Below are positions 37,872 to 48,227 of a DNA stretch of 64,000 nt, piece after piece. The notes under the pieces were generated by a model that was given only the letters and a program-made list of their open reading frames with translations, searched no databases and was not told the DNA's origin. Position 1 is the first letter of the stretch. Every line of letters begins with the position of its first letter. Made by a program: the position numbers and the translations under genes. Source of the stretch: a bacterium (lineage in GTDB: Bacteria; Patescibacteriota; Microgenomatia; Daviesbacterales; UBA10151); NCBI GenBank assembly GCA_021786105.1, contig JAJYNW010000018.1, forward strand, positions 5,241 to 69,240, in the 5' to 3' direction.

Positions 37872-39584
37872 ATGGCTATCGACCAAGAACGAGAAACATC
37901 AACAGAAAACTCTGCGGCAAGACCTTCAAGGCCAAAAAGGAGAATCTCCAAAGCCTTAGAGCTGGCAGCCAACACCCTTGTCGCTTTCACTATTCTCGGT
38001 ACCAGTGGATGCACAGCCTGGAGTATATGGAATACCATTCAAGACCGCAGACAGATCGAAGAATTATATAAAAAAGCTTCCGCCACGCTAGACGAACGCT
38101 TTAATCCTCATTTTCCTAGCTTTAATCCGGGAAATATTAATTTGGAACCAGACCAACAAAAAATCGATTTACAACCAAAGCTATTTCAACTACGGAAAGA
38201 GACAGATATATTAAATGGAGCTTTCTTTGAATTCGCCAAACGTCCTAACGCCGAATTAGCAAACGCCGAAACAACTTTTCGCCAAATCGCTACTGAACAC
38301 CTTTTTGACTATTTGCAATTACTTAACACCACTAATCCTCAGCAAAAAGCCATATTTGTAAACAAAAACGGCAGATCAGAAGTTCAACTCGACAATGAAA
38401 TTTACGACCTTTCAAACCCTCTTCAGTTTCAAACACTTTTCGCCGTCACCTCGCTTAAATTAGAAACGGCAAGCTTAGATCAAGAAATCGACAAGACAAC
38501 TGATCAAACCACTAAAGAGATTTTGCTGAGAAGAAAAAGCATTACCATGCTAAGCCAGCAATCCGCCATCTGGCTTAAAGACCAGGATATTCGCTTAGGC
38601 ATTGCTGAAAATGGCATACTTTTAGCCAGCCCTTTAAGTTTTGCCAGTTTTGCCCGGACCCTACAGCTTACCAACGATCTCGGCTATCCTCTACCTCGGA
38701 CTGGAATCTTTGGTCCCAATCCAAAATACGGCGGCGAATATCTTGAGAAAGACTCAATTTCTAGTAAAAGCACAATTATTGACTACTTAGATCCTTACGG
38801 CTCTCTTGATTCTTTAGTACACGAAACCGGACATTATGTAAGTGATGTATCAACCTCTATCCGCCCGCAGTTTTCCCAATCAGCCTTTGAGGCACAAGCG
38901 TTACAATCAGAGACAGGAGGCTTAGCCACAGTCCGCGACCCCAAAAATGTCCACTATTTCCTGGCTGATCGTGAAAGAAATAACCGGAAGGAACAATATG
39001 CCGAGCTTTTTGCCCAGTATATAACAAAAGGTAAAGTAGTGAGAGAAAAACTCATCCAACTTCAATCTGACGATCCTGCTGCGGCGCAAATCTTACAAGC
39101 AGAATATGACTTTTTCAAAACTTTTTTTCAGGGAAGAGAATTTATCGAAGGAGGTTTTACCCAAGCAGAAATCAACCAACAAATTGTAAAAATTACCAAA
39201 GAGGCTGAGACCGCAATAACACAAGAATTACCAAAAAAACGGGTTTATACTGTCGGAGAAAAGGTAACTATTGTTGACAAAGATACCAAGCGCCCCGGTA
39301 TCCTGCTTAAAGATCTTCCTAATAACCCGACTAAAGCCGATTCGCCGGCCGTGTTTGACTATGATGTTGTAGAAATAATCGAGGGGCCGGTTGAACTAGC
39401 AACCGAGTATAATCTAGACAAAAAAACTATGACATTTATACCTAAGAATAGTAAATGGTGGAAAGTCCAACTTAAAATGCAAGGCGGTCAAAGCTATTCC
39501 CGAATTGGTTTCCGAGGCGGAGAAACCGGATGGATTGAAGAAAAATGGTTAGGCGATACTTACAAACAAGCGCCTTCTAATTAA
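37872..39584 (+). CDS. Membrane-anchored hypothetical protein with a lone HExxH motif (candidate zinc metallopeptidase of unassigned family)
   Basis: N-terminal TM (LELAANTLVAFTILGTSGCTAW) and SLVHETGHYVSD, with acidic residues further downstream. Confidence 0.5.
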   Translation: MAIDQERETSTENSAARPSRPKRRISKALELAANTLVAFTILGTSGCTAWSIWNTIQDRRQIEELYKKASATLDERFNPHFPSFNPGNINLEPDQQKIDLQPKLFQLRKETDILNGAFFEFAKRPNAELANAETTFRQIATEHLFDYLQLLNTTNPQQKAIFVNKNGRSEVQLDNEIYDLSNPLQFQTLFAVTSLKLETASLDQEIDKTTDQTTKEILLRRKSITMLSQQSAIWLKDQDIRLGIAENGILLASPLSFASFARTLQLTNDLGYPLPRTGIFGPNPKYGGEYLEKDSISSKSTIIDYLDPYGSLDSLVHETGHYVSDVSTSIRPQFSQSAFEAQALQSETGGLATVRDPKNVHYFLADRERNNRKEQYAELFAQYITKGKVVREKLIQLQSDDPAAAQILQAEYDFFKTFFQGREFIEGGFTQAEINQQIVKITKEAETAITQELPKKRVYTVGEKVTIVDKDTKRPGILLKDLPNNPTKADSPAVFDYDVVEIIEGPVELATEYNLDKKTMTFIPKNSKWWKVQLKMQGGQSYSRIGFRGGETGWIEEKWLGDTYKQAPSN

Positions 39585-39647
39585 AACGCTTGCATTTCAG
39601 ATCTTTTGCCTCGAAAAAATACCTCGAAAATGCTAAACTAGTGGGCA

Positions 39648-41060
39648 ATGAAGAAATTTTACATAACAACAGCCATACCATATGTCAACGGCCTACCGCA
39701 TGTTGGCCATTCTCTGGAATACTTCCAGGCTGACACGGTCAGAAGGTATCACCGACTGAAAGGCTACGATACCCTGCTTTTGTCAGGGGCGGATGAAAAC
39801 GCCTTAAAAAATGTCCAGGCGGCGGAAAAAGAAGGCCTGCCAGTCCAGCAGTTTTTAGACCGAAATTCTAAAATTTGGCACGATACTTATGAATTTTTAG
39901 GAGTGCATTTGGATGTTTTTCAACGAGGCTCGGATCAAAAAAAACATTGGCCGGGAGTACAAAAATTATGGAAACTCTGCGCCGAAAATGGAGATATTTA
40001 TAAAAAAGCATATGAAGGTTTGTATTGCGTTGGTTGCGAATCATTTAAAACTGAAGGGGAATTAGTGGACGGACTGTGTCCGATTCATCAAAAAAAACCG
40101 GAGCTAGTCAAAGAAGAAAATTATTTTTTTAAATTATCAAAATACCAGGAAAAATTAATTCAGTTAATAGAAAGCAACGAATTTAAAATTACTCCGGCCA
40201 ATAAAAAAGCCGAAGCTTTATCCTTTATCAAATCCGGTTTGGAAGATTTTAGCGTGTCCCGGTCAAACGAGCGGGCCCGGGGTGTTGGAGTGCCAGTCCC
40301 GGGCGATCCCAGCCAAAAAATTTATGTCTGGTTTGACGCTTTGGATATTTATATGACCGGCGTTGGTTTCGGCTGGGACGAAAAAGAATGGGAAAAATGG
40401 TGGCCGGCTGATTTACATATTATCGGCAAAGATATTAATAGATTTCATACAGTGTATTGGCCAGCCATGCTATTATCTGCCAAGTTGCCTTTACCAAAAC
40501 AAATCCTAATCCATGGCTTTGTTAATTTGAAGGGTGAAAAAATCAGCAAATCTGTGGGTAATGTCATCTCGCCGCAAGAAGTAGTCAAAGAATACGGGCT
40601 CGAGCCGCTTCGCTATTTTATGCTGTCACAAATCCCGATTGATGCTGACGGAGATTTTTCATACGAAAGATTTGAGGAAGTTTATAATGCCGACTTGGCT
40701 AATGGTTTAGGGAATCTGGTGGCCAGGGTGGCCAAATTAAGTGAGAAAAATAATATTTCCGGCCCCCAAACAAAACAGGTATGGAATGAAAAAGTTGAAA
40801 CATTTTTAGGACAATATCGTTTTAATGAAGCGCTCACTAGTATTTGGAAAGAAATTTCCGAGGCAGATAAAGTGATTAATCAAGAAAAACCATGGGAATT
40901 ATCAGAAGAAGCAGCCAAACCGGTTTTGGAAGGTTTGGTCAAAAGAATACAAGGTATTGCTTTTAATTTACAACCATTCCTTCCGGAAACTGCTGATAAA
41001 ATTTTGCAACAATTTTCCGGGGCCATCAAGTCTGCCCCACCACTTTTTCCCCGGCTATGA
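39648..41060 (+). CDS. metG: Methionine--tRNA ligase (short form)
   Basis: HVGH (HIGH) and KISKS (KMSKS) class I motifs, with a MetRS-type CP/zinc knuckle region (CVGCE...C). Confidence 0.92.
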   Translation: MKKFYITTAIPYVNGLPHVGHSLEYFQADTVRRYHRLKGYDTLLLSGADENALKNVQAAEKEGLPVQQFLDRNSKIWHDTYEFLGVHLDVFQRGSDQKKHWPGVQKLWKLCAENGDIYKKAYEGLYCVGCESFKTEGELVDGLCPIHQKKPELVKEENYFFKLSKYQEKLIQLIESNEFKITPANKKAEALSFIKSGLEDFSVSRSNERARGVGVPVPGDPSQKIYVWFDALDIYMTGVGFGWDEKEWEKWWPADLHIIGKDINRFHTVYWPAMLLSAKLPLPKQILIHGFVNLKGEKISKSVGNVISPQEVVKEYGLEPLRYFMLSQIPIDADGDFSYERFEEVYNADLANGLGNLVARVAKLSEKNNISGPQTKQVWNEKVETFLGQYRFNEALTSIWKEISEADKVINQEKPWELSEEAAKPVLEGLVKRIQGIAFNLQPFLPETADKILQQFSGAIKSAPPLFPRL

Positions 41061-41920
41061 ACTTAATCGATACTCATGCCCATCTTTATTGGGAATCATA
41101 CAAAGAAGATTTTGATCAAATGATTCAACGGACGGTTGATAATGGGATATCCACCATTATCAACATTGGAGTAGATTTAACAACTAGCCAGCAAGCTTTA
41201 GACCAAGTTTTAAATACCAACTGGCCCAAAGATTTATCAGTTTATTCCTCTATAGGTATCCATCCTCACGAAGCCATTACTTTTGCCGAGAATCCAGCTG
41301 AATTCCTACAAAAAGCCATGGATAAACTGGAAAAAATTTATCAAGGTAGTCCCCAAAAAGTAGTAGGTGTTGGTGAATGTGGTTTGGATTTCTTTTTCGG
41401 AAACAATCCCGGTTTTATTCCTCCATCTATCTCTATTGAAAAAGTTAAGGATTTACAGAGACAACTATTTCAGGCCCAAATTGATTTGGCCAAAAAATTA
41501 AGCCTGCCTTTAGTAGTCCATTGCCGCGACGACCGATCAAAAGATCCACAAAACTCCGAAGCCTGGGACGATGCCTTAAAAATGATTGGCGACCACCCTG
41601 CTATCTTGCATTGTTATTCTGGTTTATCCCATACTACCAACTACGTACTGCAAACTACCAACCTATACGTTTCTTTTGCCGCCAATATCACTTATCTCAA
41701 AAATGATTATTTAAGGGAAGCTGCCAAACTTTTGCCTCTTAATAAGATCCTTTTGGAAACTGACTCCCCTTTTTTAGCACCCCAGTCTAAAAGAGGCCAG
41801 AGAAACGAACCCTCTTCAGTCAAAGAAATTGCTACCATCATTGCTAATTTAAAAGGCATTTCGTTTAAAGAAGTAGCAAGTCAAACTACAAAAAATGCCA
41901 AACGAATATTTGCTTTCTGA
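41057..41920 (+). CDS. tatD: TatD-family metal-dependent DNase/hydrolase
   Basis: IDTHAHL, a TIM-barrel metal-ligand pattern, and the conserved metG-tatD adjacency. Confidence 0.9.
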   Translation: MNLIDTHAHLYWESYKEDFDQMIQRTVDNGISTIINIGVDLTTSQQALDQVLNTNWPKDLSVYSSIGIHPHEAITFAENPAEFLQKAMDKLEKIYQGSPQKVVGVGECGLDFFFGNNPGFIPPSISIEKVKDLQRQLFQAQIDLAKKLSLPLVVHCRDDRSKDPQNSEAWDDALKMIGDHPAILHCYSGLSHTTNYVLQTTNLYVSFAANITYLKNDYLREAAKLLPLNKILLETDSPFLAPQSKRGQRNEPSSVKEIATIIANLKGISFKEVASQTTKNAKRIFAF

Positions 41921-41950
41921 GGCTGAAATGAGTACACTTATGAATACACC

Positions 41951-43726
41951 ATGCGAATATTATTGTTCTTTTTTATTGGCTTTCTGTCCTTTTTCTATTT
42001 TTCGGAAATCCTGCGCCGTATAAGCAAAAATATCCGCTATAGCTTTATCGGGGTATTTTTTGTAGTGCTGGGATTTTTGGTCGGCTTTCTGGGCCGGCCT
42101 TTTTTTGCCGGCGGGGTCAACGTGTTAACCTCTCTTTTCTTAATCGGTGCCGGCCTGGGGCTGATCATCCATCATTTATTGTCCCGGCGTTTCATTTTTT
42201 TCCAAAAACCGGAAAGGGACTTTGCCTTCAAACACGAAAATAGTTTTGAAAGGTTTTTAGAAATCTTACCTGGCTCCTTAACCTGGCTGGCTTTAACTTC
42301 TCCCATCTGGTTATCTTTTACCCTGCCCTATGCTGTCGCTTATTTAATTTTGATTGCCGATGTTTACTGGCTGCTGACTGCTTTTCGGATTGCAATTCTG
42401 GTTTTACTGGGCTACAGAAAAATGGAAGGAGCCAAAAAAGAAGATTGGCAAAAACTTTTGGAAGGTGATTTCCCTCAAAATTGGGAAAAATATTATCAGC
42501 TGGTATTGGTGCCAACCTATAAAGAAGCTTTGTATATTTTAAAGCCTACTTTCGACGCTATTACCAATTGCACTTATCCAAAGAAAAAAATATTCATCGC
42601 CGTTGGGTTTGAGGAAAGAGATGACCCACAAAAAATTAAGGAAACAAAGGAGTATTTGAAGAAAATTGAAGGAAAAATTGCCGGCGTTTTTACCACCATT
42701 CACCCCTATAATTTACCCGGTGAAGTGGCTGGCCAGGGATCAAATAAAAATTGGATGATCAAACACATCGTGCCGGAGCTGGAAAAACAAGGCGTTAAAA
42801 TAGAAGACGTCTTTGTCACCACTTTAGATGCAGATTTTACCATCCACCCGCAATTTTTATCGGGCGCTTTATACACTTATTTATCCTTGCCAACTGACGA
42901 GCGCGATAAAAGAACTTTTACCGGCGTATTTTTATACCATAACAACTATTGGCAAACCCCCACTCCGATGAGGCTAATGGCGGCCGGCACCAGCTTTTGG
43001 CAACTGGCGGAAATGGTGGGCTCGGATAAATACATGAACTATTCTTCCATGTCTATTTCCCTGAAAGCACTTTTGGATATTGGCGGCTGGATACCGGATA
43101 AAGTTAATGACGATAACGGTTTTTACTGGAAAGCCTATTTCCATTTCAACGGGGATTATAAAGTTATTCCGCATTTCTTGCCGATTTCCGGCGATGCCGT
43201 CCAGGACACCACCCTTTTAAAAACTTTCCAAAATCAATATCAACAAATTAAAAGATGGGCTTACGGTGTGGAACATATCCCATTTATTGTCAAACAATAT
43301 TTCACTAAAGATATTGATTTCTGGAACAAAACCGACCGGGTACTTTTCAAATTCTGGGGAGATTTAAAATGGGGATTTTTAGCGATCTTTGTCACCTTTG
43401 GCAGCTTATTGATTCCAGTGGTTAACCCTAACTTTAAAGCCTCGGTAATGTCGGTTAACCTACCCATTGTTTCCTCCTGGATTTTAACAGTCACCTTTTT
43501 TGGACTGTTTGCCACCATTTATGTCCATGAAAAAGTGGCACCTAAACGGCCGGAAAATTGGTCTGCCTTCAGAAAAATCTGGTCATACATTCAGTGGCTA
43601 TTGGTGCCGCTGATTTTGATCACCATCTCCTCTTTGCCGGCTATTGATGCTCAAACTTCTTTAATGTTTGGCAGAAAATTAGAGTTCCGGGTTACTAACA
43701 AGGCTCGACTACTAAAGAAAGGTTAA
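41951..43726 (+). CDS. Integral-membrane processive GT2 glycosyltransferase (DxD + QxxRW; cellulose/chitin-synthase-like)
   Basis: TLDADF and QQIKRW motifs flanked by multiple TM helices. Confidence 0.7.
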   Translation: MRILLFFFIGFLSFFYFSEILRRISKNIRYSFIGVFFVVLGFLVGFLGRPFFAGGVNVLTSLFLIGAGLGLIIHHLLSRRFIFFQKPERDFAFKHENSFERFLEILPGSLTWLALTSPIWLSFTLPYAVAYLILIADVYWLLTAFRIAILVLLGYRKMEGAKKEDWQKLLEGDFPQNWEKYYQLVLVPTYKEALYILKPTFDAITNCTYPKKKIFIAVGFEERDDPQKIKETKEYLKKIEGKIAGVFTTIHPYNLPGEVAGQGSNKNWMIKHIVPELEKQGVKIEDVFVTTLDADFTIHPQFLSGALYTYLSLPTDERDKRTFTGVFLYHNNYWQTPTPMRLMAAGTSFWQLAEMVGSDKYMNYSSMSISLKALLDIGGWIPDKVNDDNGFYWKAYFHFNGDYKVIPHFLPISGDAVQDTTLLKTFQNQYQQIKRWAYGVEHIPFIVKQYFTKDIDFWNKTDRVLFKFWGDLKWGFLAIFVTFGSLLIPVVNPNFKASVMSVNLPIVSSWILTVTFFGLFATIYVHEKVAPKRPENWSAFRKIWSYIQWLLVPLILITISSLPAIDAQTSLMFGRKLEFRVTNKARLLKKG

Positions 43727-43731
43727 AGTTT

Positions 43732-44061
43732 ATGCTAAATAAATCTCATTTTTGGATCGGACTTTTCCCGCTAATCTTAGGCATAATCACCACCTTAACT
43801 ATTGTAGTTTTATTAAATTTTTTGCCTCCCAAATTACCTCTTTTTTATTCATTACCTTGGGGAGAAGGACAGTTAGCTACTCGCCAGCAGTTTTTCATTA
43901 TCCCGGCTAGCATTTTTCTCATTACACCTTTAAATTTAGTCATCTCTTGGCAACTGCATCCCTCCCAAATTTTTTTGAAAAAAGTCCTGCTTATCTCCTC
44001 CACCGTAGTAAGCTTCATCCTGACCGTCGCACTAATTAAAATTGTCCTAATGTTTATCTAA
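43732..44061 (+). CDS. Small membrane protein (109 aa), likely GT2-associated
   Basis: 3 TM helices; tightly linked to the flanking genes. Confidence 0.35.
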   Translation: MLNKSHFWIGLFPLILGIITTLTIVVLLNFLPPKLPLFYSLPWGEGQLATRQQFFIIPASIFLITPLNLVISWQLHPSQIFLKKVLLISSTVVSFILTVALIKIVLMFI

Positions 44062-45119
44062 TGGATTTAACATTACCAGCCATAATCTCATTTTTAATAA
44101 CTATTTTGGCCATTCCTCCGACTATTATTTTTGCCAAAAAATTTAAATTGCTGGATAACCCCCAAATCAGACAACATCCGGCTCATACCCAAAAACGAAC
44201 CGTGCCACGGGCGGGCGGACTGGCAGTTTTTTTAGGACTAATATTTACCATCTTAATCTTTATTCCTTTCCAAAATTCCACGGCCGGAATCCTGATTGGA
44301 CTTTTTATTTTATTAGTAGTGGGCCTTTTGGATGATAAATACCATAATCTTTCCCCCTATATCCGCCTAATCGCCCAATTTCTGGCGGCCTTAGCAGCAG
44401 TGGGAAGTGGCATCGGGATTGCTTTTATCACTAATCCTATGGGCGGTATCCTTCACTTTGATACTACCCCACAGATAATAACTCTCGCTAATTTTTTGAC
44501 TTTAGTTTGGATCGTGTGGGTCATGAACATGATCAACTGGTCAAAAGGAGTAGACGGACAGATGCCGGGCATTGTAGCTGTGGCCGCTTTTATTTTAGGG
44601 TTATTATCTTTAAAACTCAGCTTACTGTCTGATCCGACCCAGATTAATGTGGCCAAGCTTTCTTTCATCACTTCCGGCACTGCCGCCGGTTTATTAATTT
44701 TTAACTGGCATCCGGCCAAAATTTTTCCCGGTTTTTCCGGATCAACTATTTTAGGGTTTATGATTGCCGTTCTGGCCATTCTTTCCGGAGGAAAACTGGC
44801 CACCGCCGGACTAGTGCTTTTAATCCCGGCCACTGATTTTGCCTATACTTTCCTAAGAAGAATCTTGCAGGGCAAATCGCCGGTTTGGGGCGATCGAGGA
44901 CACTTACATCACAAGCTGCTGGAGGCTGGGCTCTCTCATCAACAAATTGCCTTGTTTTACATTTTAGGAAGTGTTATTCTTGGTGCAGCAGCCCTCAGCT
45001 TGTCTTCCAAAGGTAAGCTGTTTGCAGCTACGCTGGTGGGGATCATTATTTTAGGAGCAATTTTATGGTTAAACTTTTTTGGGCAATTCTCAAAGCCTCA
45101 CGACCAAGACAATGGATAA
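44061..45119 (+). CDS. Polyprenyl-phosphate N-acetylhexosamine-1-phosphate transferase (MraY/WecA/TagO family, GT4)
   Basis: LLDDKYHNL and NMINWSKGVDGQ motifs; 10-11 TM helices. Confidence 0.8.
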   Translation: MDLTLPAIISFLITILAIPPTIIFAKKFKLLDNPQIRQHPAHTQKRTVPRAGGLAVFLGLIFTILIFIPFQNSTAGILIGLFILLVVGLLDDKYHNLSPYIRLIAQFLAALAAVGSGIGIAFITNPMGGILHFDTTPQIITLANFLTLVWIVWVMNMINWSKGVDGQMPGIVAVAAFILGLLSLKLSLLSDPTQINVAKLSFITSGTAAGLLIFNWHPAKIFPGFSGSTILGFMIAVLAILSGGKLATAGLVLLIPATDFAYTFLRRILQGKSPVWGDRGHLHHKLLEAGLSHQQIALFYILGSVILGAAALSLSSKGKLFAATLVGIIILGAILWLNFFGQFSKPHDQDNG

Positions 45120-45997
45120 AAAACTTTGCTGTCTTTGCCGGTTTAATCTTCTCCGGCACACTGCTTGATCCGACCAACCAAATTAAAACTTTTGAAGCTT
45201 TTGCACTATTTTGCGCTTTTTCTTCTGCTACATATCTTCTCAACGATGTTTTCGATATTGAACGCGACCAGCTTCATCCGTTTAAAAGGAAACGGCCGAT
45301 TGCCTCCGGGCTGATTCCTATTCCTTTAGCGGTAGGGCTGGCTCTGGCTGCCATCGCAGTTTCCCTGCCTTTGTCTTACGGGCTTTCCCCTAACTTTTTC
45401 TTTGCCGGCTTAACATACCTCACGCTGCAGCTGTTCTATTCATCTTACCTCAAACAAGTTATTTTAATTGATGTTTTAGTAATTGCCGCCGGGTTTGTCT
45501 TAAGAGTCTACGCCGGAGTTTGGGCCATTGATGCGCATTTGAATGTCTGGTTCCTGTTGTCCGTCACCAGTTTTGCTCTTTTCCTGGCTATCGGGAAAAG
45601 ACGATCCGAACGGACTTTAATGGAATCCCAAGCTGCCCGCCACCGGGAAACCTTACTGCACTATCCGGAAAATTTGTTGGATATACTAACCTCTATGTTT
45701 GCCAATTCCACCTGGCTGACTTATGCCTTTTTTGCTTTCCTCCAATCTCCTATCCAAGCCGGGCACGTGGTTACCAGATTTTTAGGCGGCTTTGAAATTC
45801 CTTTTTCTGAGGCTAAGTATTTGATGGTTACGGTACCGGTGGTGCTTTATGCTGTCATGAGATACCTTTACATCATTTATGAGAAAAAAGAAGGCGAGTC
45901 ACCGGAACGGGTAATTTTAACCGATACGCCGCTGCTGGCCGCTGTCTTAATCTGGGCCGTTTTAGTTTTGGGAATCATCTATTATTTAGGCGCCTAA
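45065..45997 (+). CDS. UbiA-family prenyltransferase, decaprenyl-phosphate phosphoribosyltransferase-like
   Basis: NDVFDIERDQLHPFKRKRPIASG (UbiA Asp-rich motif); about 8 TM helices. Confidence 0.7.
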   Translation: MVKLFWAILKASRPRQWIKNFAVFAGLIFSGTLLDPTNQIKTFEAFALFCAFSSATYLLNDVFDIERDQLHPFKRKRPIASGLIPIPLAVGLALAAIAVSLPLSYGLSPNFFFAGLTYLTLQLFYSSYLKQVILIDVLVIAAGFVLRVYAGVWAIDAHLNVWFLLSVTSFALFLAIGKRRSERTLMESQAARHRETLLHYPENLLDILTSMFANSTWLTYAFFAFLQSPIQAGHVVTRFLGGFEIPFSEAKYLMVTVPVVLYAVMRYLYIIYEKKEGESPERVILTDTPLLAAVLIWAVLVLGIIYYLGA

Positions 45998-46042
45998 TCC
46001 CTTAAGTTGTCCGACTTGGTAAAATTTAGTAAAATATGCAAG

Positions 46043-46702
46043 ATGGAGAAGGAAGCTTCGGAAAAGCTCAATAATTTCTTCTCTGGATCAAAAAAAATCT
46101 CGTTTAAAAAAGGCGAAACAATCTTACGTCCAGACGATGAACCTCATGGTGTTTTCTATCTCAAAGAAGGCTATACCCGGCTTTACTCTATTTCTAAAAA
46201 TGCCCAGGAATTAACTTTGATAATTTATAAACCTGGTGAGTTCTTCCCCTTAGTCTGGGCCATCAACAACACTCATAATGCTTACTATCTGGAAGCCCTA
46301 ACTAATGTTGAAATCTATCGGGCACCGCGGAACGAATTTATTAAGTTTATCAAAAGTAACAATGAATTGATGTATGAAATAAACGTCCGGATTTTGCAAA
46401 GATTAGAAGGCGCCCTAAGGAGAATGGAATATGCCATGTTTGGTAATGCCCGCAGTAAAGTCGCCTCAATCATCCTGATTTGCGCGGAAAGATTCGGTGA
46501 CAAAAATAAAAATCAGGTCCTGATCAAAGTTCCCTTAACCCACCAGGATATTGCCAAACTCATCGGCATGGCCCGCGAAACGGTTAGTATTGAAATGAAA
46601 AAACTGCAGCAAATGGGCCTGATTGATTACAAAGGAAAACATCTGGTGGTCAAAGATTATTCGAAACTCAAAGGTGAATCAGCGCTCGGACTTATTGATT
46701 AA
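46043..46702 (+). CDS. Crp/Fnr-family transcriptional regulator
   Basis: cNMP-binding beta-barrel plus a C-terminal HTH (TVSIEMKKLQQMGLI). Start moved to the ATG at 46043; TAAAAT lies 7 nt upstream. Confidence 0.8.
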   Translation: MEKEASEKLNNFFSGSKKISFKKGETILRPDDEPHGVFYLKEGYTRLYSISKNAQELTLIIYKPGEFFPLVWAINNTHNAYYLEALTNVEIYRAPRNEFIKFIKSNNELMYEINVRILQRLEGALRRMEYAMFGNARSKVASIILICAERFGDKNKNQVLIKVPLTHQDIAKLIGMARETVSIEMKKLQQMGLIDYKGKHLVVKDYSKLKGESALGLID

Positions 46703-47501
46703 CAACCTTCTTTTCCACATATGTTGAAGAGACAAATCCTTCCGCACCATTGGATAACCGTACCCGGTCCCAGGAACCTTGTTCTTCCAATAGCACCAGT
46801 GTGTCCCCCGGCTTGACCTGGGCAATCTCTTTACCGTTTAAACCGGCTTTATCCCTGACCCGCAAAAATCCCGTGGGAGTTTGTTTGACTGAAACTGTTG
46901 GCGTTTGGGTGATAACCGGGTTAGTAACGGTTGTTAAATCCGCCTCGGAAAGGGCTAAATCTACCGAAATAGCCAAGTTAAAATTTTTGGGTAAATCGGC
47001 CCTGATGCTTCTTTTTAAATAATTAGGATGGCTGATTAGAATAGTATGTTCCCCGGCATCTATGTCTATGGTAGTTGGAGTTTTGCCAAAAGATTTCCCG
47101 TCTATTTCTATATTGGATGCGGTGGGATTAGAAATAATGGTTAACCCTTTACCTCTTTCCAAATTTAAAATCTCCCCGGAAGAAGAGGCCGGATCAGGTG
47201 CCAAGTCCCGGTTAACGACAGCCACAGTACCGGCGGTAAGCGTAACCTTGCCTTGCCAGGAAGATTTATCTTTTTCAATCCTAATAGTCCGGACTCCGAC
47301 CGGTAGATTTTTATCCTCATACGGTGTCTTACCGGCTTCTTGATCATTAAGATAAACTGTAGCCTCAGAAGGAGTTGATAGAATGGAAATACCGCTGGTT
47401 GGTTTAATTCCCAAAAAAACTTCTGCTATCTTGTCGGAAAAACGTAAAAGCAAAGCCATTAAACTAAATAATACCAAAAGCCAAACCAGAAACTTTTTCA
47501 C
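46692..47501 (-). CDS. Secreted PEGA-domain (x2) protein with a C-terminal SH3b-like domain
   Basis: ATVYLNDQEAGKTP and SNIEIDGKSFGKTP (PEGA repeats), then GFLRVRDKAGLNGKEIAQVKPGDTLVLLEE..W..V (SH3b). Confidence 0.65.
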   Translation of the reverse strand: MKKFLVWLLVLFSLMALLLRFSDKIAEVFLGIKPTSGISILSTPSEATVYLNDQEAGKTPYEDKNLPVGVRTIRIEKDKSSWQGKVTLTAGTVAVVNRDLAPDPASSSGEILNLERGKGLTIISNPTASNIEIDGKSFGKTPTTIDIDAGEHTILISHPNYLKRSIRADLPKNFNLAISVDLALSEADLTTVTNPVITQTPTVSVKQTPTGFLRVRDKAGLNGKEIAQVKPGDTLVLLEEQGSWDRVRLSNGAEGFVSSTYVEKKVVNQ

Positions 47502-47528
47502 TAGATAATTATACTCTAATTTTTGACA

Positions 47529-48227
47529 ATGGAGCTCAAATTTGGTATTATACGCACTTGTTCATTTAAATTCATTACAGTATTCGCTTTGAAAAAACAA
47601 AGCAAAAACCTTCTGTCTACGATAATTTCTGAAAGGGATGCCCTAACCAGTAAATTATCTAAAATCAAGCTAAGGTTCCCAGGGGGGTTTAAACGGCTTG
47701 CCATAATTTCCTTTGTACTGTTTACTTTATCAGGTTACTACCCAACTTTAGCTATTCCACCAGTCAAACGGTCAGTGGTTAAAGCTCAGGCTGCCGAGCA
47801 AGCCGGGGAAGTCATCGCCGAATCTTTTTCCAAACCTTTAGTCTTGCCGCATCCCGGCTATTTATCAACCAGGTTTTCCGCCTGGCATCCGGGAATTGAT
47901 ATTGCCACCGGTTTAGGTATGCCTATTCACCCGATTACTGACGGAGAAGTTACGGAAGTAGGAAGAGATTTGTTTGGCTTGGGTAATTTTGTAGTAGTAA
48001 CTCACGAAAATGGTTTCAAATCGAAATATGCCCACATGGGTAGAATTTATGTCAAAGTAGGCGATAAAGTTACTTCGGAAAATACTTTGGGCGAAGTCGG
48101 GTTAACCGGTCATACTTCGGGTCCCCACACTCATCTGGAGGTTACCTTAAACGACAAGTACATCGACCCTCAACCTTTACTGCCGGAAATCCCTGATATG
48201 CCCATTCAAGTTGTGGCTAAGAAATGA
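47529..48227 (+). CDS. M23-family (LytM) peptidoglycan endopeptidase
   Basis: HPGIDI..G.PI and GNFVVVTHENGFKSKYAHM...GLTGHTSGPHTHLEV. Confidence 0.8.
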   Translation: MELKFGIIRTCSFKFITVFALKKQSKNLLSTIISERDALTSKLSKIKLRFPGGFKRLAIISFVLFTLSGYYPTLAIPPVKRSVVKAQAAEQAGEVIAESFSKPLVLPHPGYLSTRFSAWHPGIDIATGLGMPIHPITDGEVTEVGRDLFGLGNFVVVTHENGFKSKYAHMGRIYVKVGDKVTSENTLGEVGLTGHTSGPHTHLEVTLNDKYIDPQPLLPEIPDMPIQVVAKK

